Assembly: GCF_003944835.1 (NCBI RefSeq)
Contig: NZ_RWIV01000001.1
Location: 2,800,530-2,824,529, forward strand
Direction of reading: 5' to 3'
Length of the DNA stretch: 24,000 nucleotides
Source: Bacillus sp. HMF5848
GTDB lineage: Bacteria; Bacillota; Bacilli; Bacillales; HMF5848
Part shown: one piece after another, positions 9,765-19,269 of the stretch
Layout: each line of letters begins with the position of its first letter
Position numbering within the stretch: the first letter of the stretch is position 1
Program-made: the position numbers and the translations under genes
Notes under the pieces: model-generated
Databases searched by the model: none
What the model was told of the DNA's origin: nothing
What the model saw: the letters and a program-made list of their open reading frames with translations, nothing else

Positions 9765-10277
9765 CTACATCAATAAAATGATTAATAACAAACCGGTTAA
9801 TACACCAAGGCTTTTCATCATCTTTTCATATCGTAACTGTTTATCCTTAGCATCTTGTTCTTCTCGTTCTAAATGTGATATTGCCAAATGGATATGTTTT
9901 TGTTGAGAAAATAAATCATGCTGCCCAAGCGTCTCTCCGAATTGTTTCAGGATTTCTCGCTCATTGTCCTTTAAAGCTGTATGTCGCCATATATCATCCA
10001 GGCTATCATTCCAGGCGATACTAGCACTCACATGCTGATCACCTAATCGTTTGGAAAAGCAGTCAAACAACCAAGATAACGGTCGTGGAAGTTGTCTAGC
10101 AATATGCATGGATGCATCTCGAAGCGGTGTGTGACTAAACATGATTTCTGCCTCTAACGATTGTAATGCTGTTTTTAATAATCTAAGCTGTCTTGGCCTC
10201 TCACTTAAACTTTTCGAAACCTCAAACCCTGTCCAAGTTGTGGCTAGCAGAATAATGATAGCGCCGATTATTTTCAT
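9765..10277 (-). CDS. spoIIIAB: Stage III sporulation protein AB
   Basis: 170-aa ORF. Size, terminal TM helices and operon position match SpoIIIAB. Confidence 0.9.
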   Translation of the reverse strand: MKIIGAIIILLATTWTGFEVSKSLSERPRQLRLLKTALQSLEAEIMFSHTPLRDASMHIARQLPRPLSWLFDCFSKRLGDQHVSASIAWNDSLDDIWRHTALKDNEREILKQFGETLGQHDLFSQQKHIHLAISHLEREEQDAKDKQLRYEKMMKSLGVLTGLLLIILLM

Positions 10278-10279
10278 CT

Positions 10280-11203
10280 TTATGTCACCATCGCTTTCTG
10301 GTAGATGTCTTCTTTCTCAGGTGTTAGAATTTTCTCAATAGTACCTGGACCATGACGTCTAGATAACTCTACAAGCCTAGTAAATACACCTACCTCCATT
10401 ATTTTCTGAAGAGATGGTCTTCTGTACAGATCACTATAAGATGTACCATGTACAGTCATAACAAGTGATACGCCTGCATTCACAGCTTCTAAGATAGCTT
10501 CTGCATCTTCCATCCTGCCAATCTCGTCAACAACAAGAACATCCGGGCTCATGCTCCTTATCATCATCATCATCCCTTCAGCTTTTGGACAGGCATCCAA
10601 AACATCAACACGAGGCCCAAACGTATGTTGAGGAATTCCTTTTAAACAGCCAGCTATTTCAGATCGTTCATCAACAATTCCAACCTTTTTAGCGATAATA
10701 CGTGCATCCTTATTACCACTACTAATATAGCGAGCTATATCTCGTAACATTGTAGTTTTCCCACTTTGTGGTGGTCCAATAATTATCGTGTTATACCAAG
10801 CTTCATCATAAATGTATGGAATTAATTCATCTGCTAAGCCTATTTTTTGCTTTGCTATACGGATATTAAAGCTCGTCACATCACGAATAAATTTAACGAC
10901 ACCTTGCTCTGTCACAACTTTTCCTGCTAATCCAATTCGATGTCCACCTTGCACTGTAATATAGCCTCGTTTTAGTTCCTCCTCGAGAGCATATATCGAG
11001 AATTGACTAATTTTATTTAAAAATAAAGAGGCATCCTCCTTTGAAACAATATATGACAAATATTGAGGTTCGCCATGAATTACTAACTCTAATGGACGTT
11101 CAACCCTCATTCGTATTTCCTCTATTTCTGCTAACAGCGAAGGAGGTTTTGCCGCAATACTAGATGAAATAGACGACGGAAGTAATGTAAGCAGTTCGTG
11201 CAT
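10280..11203 (-). CDS. spoIIIAA: Stage III sporulation protein AA (secretion-type ATPase)
   Basis: Walker A motif GPPQSGKTT plus a Walker B-like VLVVDEIG. The conserved block YALEEELKRGYITVQGGHRIGLAG matches SpoIIIAA. The second ATG (11203) has better spacing from AAGGAGG than the tracked ATG at 11209. Confidence 0.93.
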   Translation of the reverse strand: MHELLTLLPSSISSSIAAKPPSLLAEIEEIRMRVERPLELVIHGEPQYLSYIVSKEDASLFLNKISQFSIYALEEELKRGYITVQGGHRIGLAGKVVTEQGVVKFIRDVTSFNIRIAKQKIGLADELIPYIYDEAWYNTIIIGPPQSGKTTMLRDIARYISSGNKDARIIAKKVGIVDERSEIAGCLKGIPQHTFGPRVDVLDACPKAEGMMMMIRSMSPDVLVVDEIGRMEDAEAILEAVNAGVSLVMTVHGTSYSDLYRRPSLQKIMEVGVFTRLVELSRRHGPGTIEKILTPEKEDIYQKAMVT

Positions 11204-11292
11204 CTGCATGCCTCCTTATAATTATTACTTATGCAGCATATGGCACCTCTAACACAGTCTTGCTTTTGTGGTTCCTTTTCTATATCACTTTC

Positions 11293-11321
11293 AATGTATG
11301 GTTAAGCTCGTCTATTTATGA
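11293..11321 (-). promoter_or_regulatory. Sigma-E type promoter of the spoIIIA operon
   Basis: Minus strand reads TCATAAA, a 14-nt spacer, then CATACATT. This compares with the published sigma-E consensus ZHATAXX-14-CATACAHT. It lies about 90 nt upstream of spoIIIAA and begins 4 nt after the yqhV stop. Confidence 0.7.
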
Positions 11322-11325
11322 CAAA

Positions 11326-11607
11326 CTATCGATATATTCCTATTAAAATTAACCCTACACCGCCAGCAATAAATAGTAGATTAATAAGTGAGATATCACC
11401 AGCAAGTTTAATTAAACCTAGAGTCATTGATGTAATTAAGATGACCGGGCCTACAACAGCTAGTAAAGAGTTAATAACAATTGCTTTTTTCACATCGTTA
11501 AACAATAGAATTAAGATAGCTGCACAAAACTCAATTGATGCTGATACAAAACGAAGACCAGCCATTGATAAGACAGTAGAATCTAAGGAAGAAAGAAACT
11601 TTTTCAT
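11326..11607 (-). CDS. yqhV: Small membrane protein YqhV
   Basis: MKKFLSSLDSTVLSMAGLRFVSASIEF resembles B. subtilis YqhV, a roughly 93-aa three-TM protein. The start at 11607 is preceded by ATGGAGGGA. The longer tracked ORF start (11649) is unsupported. Confidence 0.85.
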   Translation of the reverse strand: MKKFLSSLDSTVLSMAGLRFVSASIEFCAAILILLFNDVKKAIVINSLLAVVGPVILITSMTLGLIKLAGDISLINLLFIAGGVGLILIGIYR

Positions 11608-11908
11608 AGTCCCTCCATAAAACAAAGTTTTGTACAAGCATATGCGCACATATAGGGTTTAAGAAGTGAAAATTAATTTATTGAAGATGTCAACTTTCGA
11701 AAGTATGTTTTTCTATCGTAGAGTTTGTTGGAGGATTACTATAGATTCATGTTTTGGAATAAATAATTTTGTCGGTGCCAGACACCTAAAAAATAGACTT
11801 TAATTGACAAAAATCAACACAACTCTATTGATTAATTACGTAGGCCTTCCTTCAGCTTCACCATCGCTTTTAACATACCAATTAACATACCAACGCTATT
11901 CTAAACAC

Positions 11909-11938
11909 AAAAAACCCACACTCTATAAAGAGTGTGGG
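11909..11938 (-). terminator. Rho-independent terminator after efp
   Basis: Minus strand reads CCCACACTC-TTTATA-GAGTGTGGG followed by TTTTTT, 17 nt after the efp stop. Confidence 0.85.
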
Positions 11939-11955
11939 CCTAGTTATGCTATTTG

Positions 11956-12513
11956 TTATGCACGTGAAACGTAGCTAGCTTCAGACGTGTTGATAATAAG
12001 TACATCACCTTCGTTAATGAATAATGGTACCTGTACGGAAAGACCTGTTTCAAGAACAGCAGATTTAGAACCACCTTGTGCGGTATCACCTTTAATGCCT
12101 GGCTCTGTCTCAACAACTTTTAATTCTACAGTGTTAGGTAGTTCCACACCTAATGTTTCTGTTTGATACATCATAATATGTACTTCCATGTTCTCTTTTA
12201 AAAATTTCAGCTCACGTTCAATTTGAGCTGCTGCTAATTCGAGCTGTTCATATGATTCGTTGTCCATGAAGACATGCATATCTCCACTTGCATATAAATA
12301 TTGCATTTTACGATTTTCAATATGCGCTTTTTCAACTTTTTCACCTGCACGGAAAGTCTTTTCTTGTACGGCACCAGTACGTAAGTTACGAAGTTTTGAA
12401 CGCACAAACGCTGCACCTTTCCCCGGCTTTACGTGTTGGAAATCGATAACTTGCCAAATTCCCCCATCGACCTCAATTGTTAAACCTGTACGAAAATCAT
12501 TTACTGAAATCAT
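11956..12513 (-). CDS. efp: Translation elongation factor P
   Basis: 185-aa ORF with a canonical EF-P sequence ([16 protein letters not shown]; [21 protein letters not shown]). Confidence 0.97.
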   Translation of the reverse strand: MISVNDFRTGLTIEVDGGIWQVIDFQHVKPGKGAAFVRSKLRNLRTGAVQEKTFRAGEKVEKAHIENRKMQYLYASGDMHVFMDNESYEQLELAAAQIERELKFLKENMEVHIMMYQTETLGVELPNTVELKVVETEPGIKGDTAQGGSKSAVLETGLSVQVPLFINEGDVLIINTSEASYVSRA

Positions 12514-12534
12514 GCTTAATATCCTCCCAGAGTG

Positions 12535-13599
12535 TTATAGTGTAACTAAGTCTTTTGTAGAAAATGTTAAGGTTTCGTTTCCATTTTCTGTTATAACTGT
12601 ATCATCTTCAATCCGAACACCGCCAAGATTTGGAACATAAATACCAGGCTCTACTGTCACAACCATTCCAGGTTTAAGCACAATATCTGAACGAACAGAT
12701 AGTCCTGGACCTTCGTGAACCTCCATCCCCAAGCCATGCCCTGTGGAATGCCCGAAATACTCACCATATCCTTGCTCAGTAATATAATCTCTTGTTAATG
12801 CGTCCGCTTCGCGACCTGTTAGTCCGGGCTTAATTCCGTTCATGCCACGTAGCTGCGCTTCAAGAACGATATTATATATTTTCTTTAACTCATCGCTAAC
12901 TTCTCCAACAGCTAAAGTTCTCGTAATATCAGAGCAGTATCCTTTATAATAGGCACCGAAGTCAAGAGTTACAAACTCACCCTTCTCAATAACCTTATCA
13001 CTAGCGACTCCATGAGGTAATGCCGAACGATATCCAGAAGCTACTATAATATCAAAAGAAGATGAAACTGCTCCTTGCTTACGCATAAAGAATTCCAACT
13101 CGTTAGCAACATCCACTTCTCTTATTCCTGGACGTATGTAGGTTAAAATATGATCAAATGCTGCATCAGCAATCTGCGCAGCTTGTTTCATAATCGAAAG
13201 TTCTTCAGCATTTTTATATAGTCGTAAACTTTCGACCAGACCTGAAACGGGCACAAGCTCAGTATCTATTGCATTATCATAGCTGTTATATGTAGAGTAT
13301 GTCATATGATCTTGCTCAAAACCTAGCTTTTTAATGCCCATACTTTTGACGGTTTTAGCGATTTCTTCTATGATAGGTCCTTCATGCTTAATAATACTAA
13401 ACCCAGAGATCTGTTTATTTGCTTGTTCTACATAGCGAAAATCTGTAATAAAAACCGCTGTCGTTTTACTAATAACAGCCACACCGGCCGAACCAGTAAA
13501 ACGTGTTACGTATTGTCTATTAATGCTACTTGAGATAACCAAACCGTCAATCTTATGTGTATCAAACATCTCGCGGAGTTTCTCAATACGACTTTCCAT
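12535..13599 (-). CDS. yqhT: Xaa-Pro aminopeptidase/dipeptidase (M24B family)
   Basis: 354-aa ORF with an M24 pita-bread fold and metal ligand motifs (DFGAYYKGYCSDITRT; HSTGHGLGMEVHE; EPGIY; IRIEDD). Same position as B. subtilis yqhT. Confidence 0.93.
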   Translation of the reverse strand: MESRIEKLREMFDTHKIDGLVISSSINRQYVTRFTGSAGVAVISKTTAVFITDFRYVEQANKQISGFSIIKHEGPIIEEIAKTVKSMGIKKLGFEQDHMTYSTYNSYDNAIDTELVPVSGLVESLRLYKNAEELSIMKQAAQIADAAFDHILTYIRPGIREVDVANELEFFMRKQGAVSSSFDIIVASGYRSALPHGVASDKVIEKGEFVTLDFGAYYKGYCSDITRTLAVGEVSDELKKIYNIVLEAQLRGMNGIKPGLTGREADALTRDYITEQGYGEYFGHSTGHGLGMEVHEGPGLSVRSDIVLKPGMVVTVEPGIYVPNLGGVRIEDDTVITENGNETLTFSTKDLVTL

Positions 13600-14038
13600 C
13601 TGTCTCCCCCCTTAAAATATCTAGCAAGGCAAGTAATGCCACCTTATACCCATATAGCCCTAAACCAGCAATTTGCCCTTTAACAACAGGTGCTATCACA
13701 GATTGATGACGAAAGGATTCACGTGCATGTATGTTCGAAATATGAACTTCAATAACAGGCACTGTGACACTAGCTATAGCATCACGTAAAGCGTAGCTAT
13801 AATGCGTGTATGCACCTGGGTTAAAAATGATTCCACTGTACATATCCTCTGCGTTATGAATCATATCAATTAATACACCTTCATGGTTTGACTGTGCACA
13901 TGTTAATTGTACGTTGTGGTCAACAGCAAATGTTGTTAAGTTCGCTTCGAGCTGCTTTAAAGTTGTATGTCCATAAACGGCAGGCTCTCGAAGTCCAAGT
14001 CGATTCAAATTAGGCCCATTTAATAATAGCAGTTTCAT
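13583..14038 (-). CDS. aroQ: 3-dehydroquinate dehydratase, type II
   Basis: MKLLLLNGPNLNRLGLREPAVYG, QSNHEG and IIFNPGAYTHYSYALRDA are classic type II DHQase motifs. The start at 14038 is preceded by AAGAGGAG. The tracked ORF start at 14125 adds 29 non-homologous residues. Confidence 0.93.
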   Translation of the reverse strand: MKLLLLNGPNLNRLGLREPAVYGHTTLKQLEANLTTFAVDHNVQLTCAQSNHEGVLIDMIHNAEDMYSGIIFNPGAYTHYSYALRDAIASVTVPVIEVHISNIHARESFRHQSVIAPVVKGQIAGLGLYGYKVALLALLDILRGETDGKSY

Positions 14039-14157
14039 TTTGAAGACTCCTCTTTTGCCCTGCACAAACACGCTCTCATTTGTGAAAAACGTTAGCAGGA
14101 TGTGTTCCCTACAACATTCTATCACAAATCATTCTTTATCACTATTTTATTTATTTT

Positions 14158-14706
14158 TTATGTGGCATCAGCAGTTTGAGTCTCAGGTGTATTTTGTTCT
14201 TCACGATTATTAACCTGTAATTCATTATACTCAAACGTAATAGAGTACCCTATAAATACACCATATAATATATATAAGCATACATTTGTTATTATCGTAT
14301 TTCGCTTAAGTTCTGTTACAGCAGGTACATTTTGAAAGATTGGATTTAACAAATAAAACACAACTCCCCAAAGAACAGCACCGAATATAGCTCCTATCCA
14401 AATATTTTGATACTTCTTCAATACAGCATAATATAAAAAAGCAACAGCAATTGATATTGCACCTATAACTACAATAGAAATAAATTGACCTAATATCGTT
14501 TGTTTCCATTCACCAACTGCCCAAGGTTCTAAGATCATATTCGGAGCAATTTCTGTGAAATTAATTATATAAGCTAAATACCCTAAGAAACTCCAAAATA
14601 ATCCTCCGAATAGACCAATCATTAAAATTTTTACAGGAAATGAAATTGGCTTTTCTCGCTGATTTTGTTCTAATTTTTCATTTTGTTCACTTGAATTATT
14701 TTGCAA
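14158..14706 (-). CDS. yqhR: Membrane protein YqhR
   Basis: Four predicted TM helices, with blocks resembling B. subtilis YqhR (LGYLAYIINFTEIAPNMILEPW; VTELKRNTIIT; GYSITFEYNEL). Likely TTG start at 14706, 6 nt after GGAGGTG. The tracked ORF extends to 14736. Confidence 0.8.
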   Translation of the reverse strand: MQNNSSEQNEKLEQNQREKPISFPVKILMIGLFGGLFWSFLGYLAYIINFTEIAPNMILEPWAVGEWKQTILGQFISIVVIGAISIAVAFLYYAVLKKYQNIWIGAIFGAVLWGVVFYLLNPIFQNVPAVTELKRNTIITNVCLYILYGVFIGYSITFEYNELQVNNREEQNTPETQTADAT

Positions 14707-15115
14707 TATAAACACCTCCATTTGTAGTATAACCATTCAGGCTATAATCATGATGAAGAATGATATCGTTAAATGCCCATGCCAAATTAGTGTAATTTTG
14801 TGGAAAAAGGGGTATAATATAAAGTGAATATTAGCCTATAGAGCTTTTGATTATTTTTTTGTAAAATATCAGAATAGACACTATTTGTCGTCGCATCTTC
14901 CTAATATTCATTTGAAATGTGAGCCGTTTCAATTGGAGTTAGAGCGACTTGTGTTTTCGATCACCTCGTTCTCCCCAATTTGTCATTCAATAATTTGCGA
15001 CTTCAAAAAAGTTCACAATCTTAGGCTCCGATAATAAGACAAAAAAACAGCATATACCTTACCACATAAAAATTTTTATGGTAGGTAAATAAAAAATTGA
15101 CCGGAGGTGGTATTC

Positions 15116-15523
15116 TTGCGTTTCAAGTCTATGTCTTCATGGATCGTTGTTCTGCTTATGTTAGCAGGCATTGGTGTTGTTTATAGCTTCATCACAAATC
15201 CAATTGGTTTTTTACAGCGGATTGTTATTTTTGCAATTATAATTGGGCTAGGATTTCTGCTGTATCGCCACCTCACGAATAAGAGTATTCCAGGTCGTTC
15301 CAATTACATTAATGCAGTTAAGCAATCTAAGAAACGCTATCAAACTCACCAACCTTCACCAGTTAGAAAGATAGTGAAAAATAATACAACAATACAGCCA
15401 AAAGCAAAAGTATCTTCAATTAAAAAACCGTTAAGAAATGACTCTGACAAACGTAAAAGAGCCAGTCACTTAACAGTGATTGAAGGGAAAAAAGGGAAAA
15501 AGAAAAATCGAGCCTTTTTTTAG
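15116..15523 (+). CDS. Small membrane-anchored protein with a highly basic C-terminal tail (YqhP / SA1362-like by recollection)
   Basis: Two N-terminal TM helices, then a Lys/Arg-rich tail ending HLTVIEGKKGKKKNRAFF. Likely TTG start at 15116, 6 nt after GGAGGTG (tracked ORF starts at a GTG at 15107 that overlaps the RBS). The family assignment is from memory and was not verified. Confidence 0.65.
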   Translation: MRFKSMSSWIVVLLMLAGIGVVYSFITNPIGFLQRIVIFAIIIGLGFLLYRHLTNKSIPGRSNYINAVKQSKKRYQTHQPSPVRKIVKNNTTIQPKAKVSSIKKPLRNDSDKRKRASHLTVIEGKKGKKKNRAFF

Positions 15524-15541
15524 AAGGGCTTGTTTTTTTTT
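15511..15541 (+). terminator. Rho-independent terminator
   Basis: AGCCTTTT / AGAAGGGCT hairpin (includes G-U pairs) overlapping the stop codon, followed by TGTTTTTTTTT. Confidence 0.55.
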
Positions 15542-15642
15542 AGGTTAATGAATATTGATGGCTGCATTACGTATTATTGTTTAGATTCGGGTGTAGTATA
15601 ATATAAACGAAGGCCTACTTTTTAAAAGGGGGGTAAAAGGAC

Positions 15643-16359
15643 ATGATAAGTTTTTCTTACACTTTATTGATATTGTCTTTTATTTTATATTGGCACAGAG
15701 ATAAAGAAACTAGCTTTGTTCTATTGTATAGTATTGCACTTAGTATAGTATTAGCACATGGTATTATGTCATCCTTGACGTTAGACACTACATTATTGAA
15801 CGGTTCTGTTATTATGATTGCTACTATCTTATGTTTATATATACTAGAAATAGCTGAAATACAACCGTTTCGCTTGCCTACCTTTGTACTTTATATAATA
15901 TCCTTGTTAGTTGCTTCAATATTCATAGGTTGGAACATAATTGCAGAAGCTTTTGTTGGTATTTTAATTTTCTCAAGCATATATAGACTGTTCACTACAT
16001 TACATGAAGCTAGGGAAACCTTTATTTTATTTAGTATAATTTCCGTACCTATCATATTATTATTAATTGATCAAAGTAGTACTACTTGGACATTAGCTTT
16101 ATTTCTACTTGGTGCAGGTATTGGAAATTTCTTAGAGAACATTAAAGTAAAAATGAACCCCGTGCCACTCACAGCTTTACCTACTGTTTTTTTTATTGGC
16201 TTGTTACCTGCTACCATATTTGGTATCTTAGCGATTTACTGGCAACCTGTGCTTAGTTTAGCGCTAGGCTTTTGGGTATGTTTTGTAGCTCCTTACATTT
16301 TTATCAAACTACAAATAACTAAAACAGATGTTGCTAATGTACTATCAACAAATCAGTAG
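15643..16359 (+). CDS. Hypothetical polytopic membrane protein (about 7 TM helices), family not recognised
   Basis: 238-aa ORF that is hydrophobic throughout. RBS AAAGGGGGG lies 9 nt upstream of the ATG. I can name no diagnostic motif. Confidence 0.7.
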   Translation: MISFSYTLLILSFILYWHRDKETSFVLLYSIALSIVLAHGIMSSLTLDTTLLNGSVIMIATILCLYILEIAEIQPFRLPTFVLYIISLLVASIFIGWNIIAEAFVGILIFSSIYRLFTTLHEARETFILFSIISVPIILLLIDQSSTTWTLALFLLGAGIGNFLENIKVKMNPVPLTALPTVFFIGLLPATIFGILAIYWQPVLSLALGFWVCFVAPYIFIKLQITKTDVANVLSTNQ

Positions 16360-17243
16360 CACCATGACTTTAAAAATGATTTTGCTGTCTCATAGCCTAT
16401 TTGTGTTAATTGCAGCTTTTTTTCTTCTGTTAATGAAAATTCTGTTGATAGAGTATGTTCGACAGGAATAAAGATAATATCCTTTTCATGCTTACGAGAT
16501 ACATATCTTGCATCATGAGCATCCTTCATTGTTTCAAATAATGCACCGAACAAGTCTATTGCATTATAAATTTTATTTTGTTGTGCATTTTCATCTTTGG
16601 CACTAAGCTTAATTCCTAACACAGGTCTCTCTTTACGGCGCAAATTATTTTGCCCCCAAAACAACCAAATAGGAAAATTACTTAAAACACCACCATCAAC
16701 GATAACTGCCGTTCCATTTTGAGTTTTTAGTTTCACTGGCTCGAAAAAATATGGTATGCTACAGCTCATTCTAATAGCTTTGGCAACCGGAAATGTCCGA
16801 GCATCATAGTTATAAACAGGTAAATCATCAGGAAGGGTAAGAATTCGACCCCGAGAGAGATCTGAAGCTACTACTCTTAAAGATTCCTTAGGCAAGTCAG
16901 CAAACGTAACAACACCCTTTTCCGCTAACTTAACAGAAAGCCATTGCTCTAATGCCTCTCCTTTATATAATCCCATATAAAAATATAACAGGATCCATTT
17001 AGATACTGGATTTTTGAATAAAAGCTTACGAGGGTCAAGAAATTGTATGGCGTCAATTTCTTCCATTATTTTAAGAAGCTCTTTACTTGAATACCCTGCC
17101 ATAATAAGACAAGCTATAATAGAACCGGCACTTGTCCCTGCTATCCTTTTAAACTTCAAACCACGCTCCTCAATAGCTTGATATGCCCCAATTAAGGCAA
17201 AGCCCTTGACCCCCCCACCAGAAAAAACACCATCAATATACAT
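16353..17243 (-). CDS. yqhO: Patatin-like phospholipase
   Basis: Oxyanion motif GGGVKG, nucleophile elbow GTSAGS (GxSxG) and a catalytic DGG Asp motif (VDGGVLSNFP). Same position as B. subtilis yqhO, next to mntR. Confidence 0.9.
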   Translation of the reverse strand: MYIDGVFSGGGVKGFALIGAYQAIEERGLKFKRIAGTSAGSIIACLIMAGYSSKELLKIMEEIDAIQFLDPRKLLFKNPVSKWILLYFYMGLYKGEALEQWLSVKLAEKGVVTFADLPKESLRVVASDLSRGRILTLPDDLPVYNYDARTFPVAKAIRMSCSIPYFFEPVKLKTQNGTAVIVDGGVLSNFPIWLFWGQNNLRRKERPVLGIKLSAKDENAQQNKIYNAIDLFGALFETMKDAHDARYVSRKHEKDIIFIPVEHTLSTEFSLTEEKKLQLTQIGYETAKSFLKSWCY

Positions 17244-17490
17244 CCAATGCCATCCCCTTTTTAGCGTTTCTTTACCATATTAATAAGTGGGATAACAAAA
17301 TAGTACAGAACACATCAAAATAATTAATTATTTTATAAAGAATTTGTTATGTCTTAATAGAAATTCAAACACCTCTTATAATTTTTCATAGCAAAACGAA
17401 CTCACTTCGAATTACAATCACATCTCTAAAAAATGGATTTAGCTATGTTGCTCAGTAGAATTACGTATTGTCTTATTGAAAAAATCAAAC

Positions 17491-17516
17491 AAAAAAACTC
17501 GGTTAAACACCCGAGT
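17491..17516 (-). terminator. Rho-independent terminator after mntR
   Basis: Minus strand reads CTCGGG-TGTTTAA-CCGAG followed by TTTTTTT, about 28 nt after the mntR stop. Confidence 0.7.
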
Positions 17517-17544
17517 CTTCTAAGCCTATGTATATTAGTTACTG

Positions 17545-17970
17545 TCAGTTTTGTTCCTCGTTAGTTTTTTGCACACTTCTTAGTTCATTTACACGTGCAT
17601 CGTCTTCTTCAAAATATTGGACAACGTCGCCTATGCGGTCAATAGCATTCCAGCTTAAATGATGCTCAATACCTTCAACATCATTATATATTTTATCTTC
17701 TTCTACTCCAATGATGCGCAAAAATTGCTCTAATAGATCATGACGATAGACAAGGCGTTTCCCTATTTTCTTGCCTTTTTGCGTTAATATAAGTCCACGA
17801 TATTTTTCATAAATCAAATATCCATCTTTATCTAGTTTTTGCACCATTTTTGTAACAGAAGAGGGGTGAACAGACAATGCTTCCGCAATATCTGAAACGC
17901 GAGCATAACCTTTATCTTCAATAAGTATGTATATTTGTTCTATGTAATCCTCCATGCTTGGTGTAGGCAT
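17545..17970 (-). CDS. mntR: Manganese transport regulator MntR (DtxR family)
   Basis: Near-identical pattern to B. subtilis MntR ([30 protein letters not shown]; [21 protein letters not shown]; IEHHLSW). The start MPTPSMEDY at 17970 follows GGAGGGG. The tracked ORF adds 5 residues. Confidence 0.95.
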   Translation of the reverse strand: MPTPSMEDYIEQIYILIEDKGYARVSDIAEALSVHPSSVTKMVQKLDKDGYLIYEKYRGLILTQKGKKIGKRLVYRHDLLEQFLRIIGVEEDKIYNDVEGIEHHLSWNAIDRIGDVVQYFEEDDARVNELRSVQKTNEEQN

Positions 17971-18063
17971 GAGAATCCCCTCCAATCCGAAACATCTATG
18001 TCATTAAAAGTTTACACCATCTTATTCATCGTGACAAGCGATGCTCGGATTGCAGGTAATGTA

Positions 18064-19089
18064 TTACGTAAAATACTGAATGGTAGCATTCGGAAAAAAT
18101 TGCGAGATATATTGACGCATCGTGCCTTCTAAATCTGCCGCTTCTTCTGTTTTATAAACATATTTCCCAATACCGTAGCGACCCCATTTATATTTTCTCT
18201 TACTCTCATCAAGATCCAACTTAGTCTTAGGATAACGTTGTTCTATCACTTTTTTAGCTGGTTTCGTAAAACGATGTTGAATTAACTCGAACGTTAAATC
18301 AGGAATATTTACGCCCTCTAACGAACGGGACAGACGTTCAAAAAGTTCATAGTATCCTTCCTGCCAATCATCATGCATATAAATTGGTGCAACAATAAAA
18401 CCAAGAGGATAACCAGCATGGGCAACTTTTTTAGCAGCCTCTAGTCTTTCATCAAAAGAAGATGTAGCTGGCTCAAAATTTTTAATAACATACCTTGAGT
18501 TTACACTAAAGCGGAATCTAGTTTTCCCATTATGCTTTGCATCTAGCAAGTGATCGACATGATGGTACTTTGTAACAAATCGAAGTCGACCTAGATCAGT
18601 TTGTCCAATAAATTCAATTGTCTTCTTAAGTGAATGTGTTAAGTGATCTAAGCCTACTATATCGGATGTACAAGCTGCTTCAAAGCGCGTAATTTCAGGT
18701 GCCCGTTCATCCATATATTTTTGAGCCTGATCAAAGATGTCTTCTAAATTTACATACGTGCGAATGTAAGGCTTACTTCCTAATGTCGTTTGCAAATAAC
18801 AATAGTGGCAATGCCCCATGCAACCGGTAGCTAATGGTATCGCATATTCAGCAGATGGCTTTGATGTATCGAATTTCAGAGTCCGACGGATCCCGACTAC
18901 AAGAGTGGATTTAGCTACTCGGTATTTTTGTAATTCATTGTCACCAGGCAAGTTTCGAATCTGATTATGTGAGGTTGTCTCACGAATCTCAATATTCATC
19001 TTTTCAAATTTCTCTAAAAGCTCACGCCCTAAGGGATACTCTAAGGCTTGTGGTTCAACATACACTAATTGAGGCATAAATGGCTCCAT
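18064..19089 (-). CDS. splB: Spore photoproduct lyase (radical SAM)
   Basis: Radical-SAM cluster motif CMGHCHYC plus extended identity to B. subtilis SplB (PQLVYVEPQALEYPLG; ETTSHNQIRN; KPSAEYAIPLATGC; ends QYFT). The third codon ATG (19089) has proper spacing from AGGAGGG. No splA-like ORF lies upstream. Confidence 0.95.
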   Translation of the reverse strand: MEPFMPQLVYVEPQALEYPLGRELLEKFEKMNIEIRETTSHNQIRNLPGDNELQKYRVAKSTLVVGIRRTLKFDTSKPSAEYAIPLATGCMGHCHYCYLQTTLGSKPYIRTYVNLEDIFDQAQKYMDERAPEITRFEAACTSDIVGLDHLTHSLKKTIEFIGQTDLGRLRFVTKYHHVDHLLDAKHNGKTRFRFSVNSRYVIKNFEPATSSFDERLEAAKKVAHAGYPLGFIVAPIYMHDDWQEGYYELFERLSRSLEGVNIPDLTFELIQHRFTKPAKKVIEQRYPKTKLDLDESKRKYKWGRYGIGKYVYKTEEAADLEGTMRQYISQFFPNATIQYFT

Positions 19090-19269
19090 AATCATCCCTC
19101 CTATGTGTTAGCTTTTACCGTTTAAAATAAATTTGTTAATGTAAATTTTGGTTTCATACAATCACCAAAAAATCAAATAAAAATATGTGAACATATTATG
19201 AACTAGAAAAGAATATGGTAGTGTAGTGAATGATTCTAAATATCCAACTTTTTCCAAGGGGGATTTTTG

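Noticed and set aside
11871-11894. Tandem 12-nt repeat TAACATACCAAT / TAACATACCAAC between the efp terminator and yqhV
   Set aside because: There are only two copies, it is short, and I know of no matching binding-site consensus. This is plausibly chance or slippage in AT-rich intergenic DNA.
15057-15085. Imperfect hairpin CCUUACCACAUAAAAA/UUUUUAUGGUAGG as a terminator
   Set aside because: On the plus strand it is followed by an A-rich tail, not a U-rich one. On the minus strand a T-run follows, but no minus-strand gene lies upstream of it. The stem is mostly A-U with bulges.
16353-16359. 7-nt convergent overlap of the 238-aa membrane protein gene and yqhO as a regulatory feature
   Set aside because: Short convergent stop-codon overlaps are common in compact genomes. 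The sequence shows nothing beyond the overlap itself.
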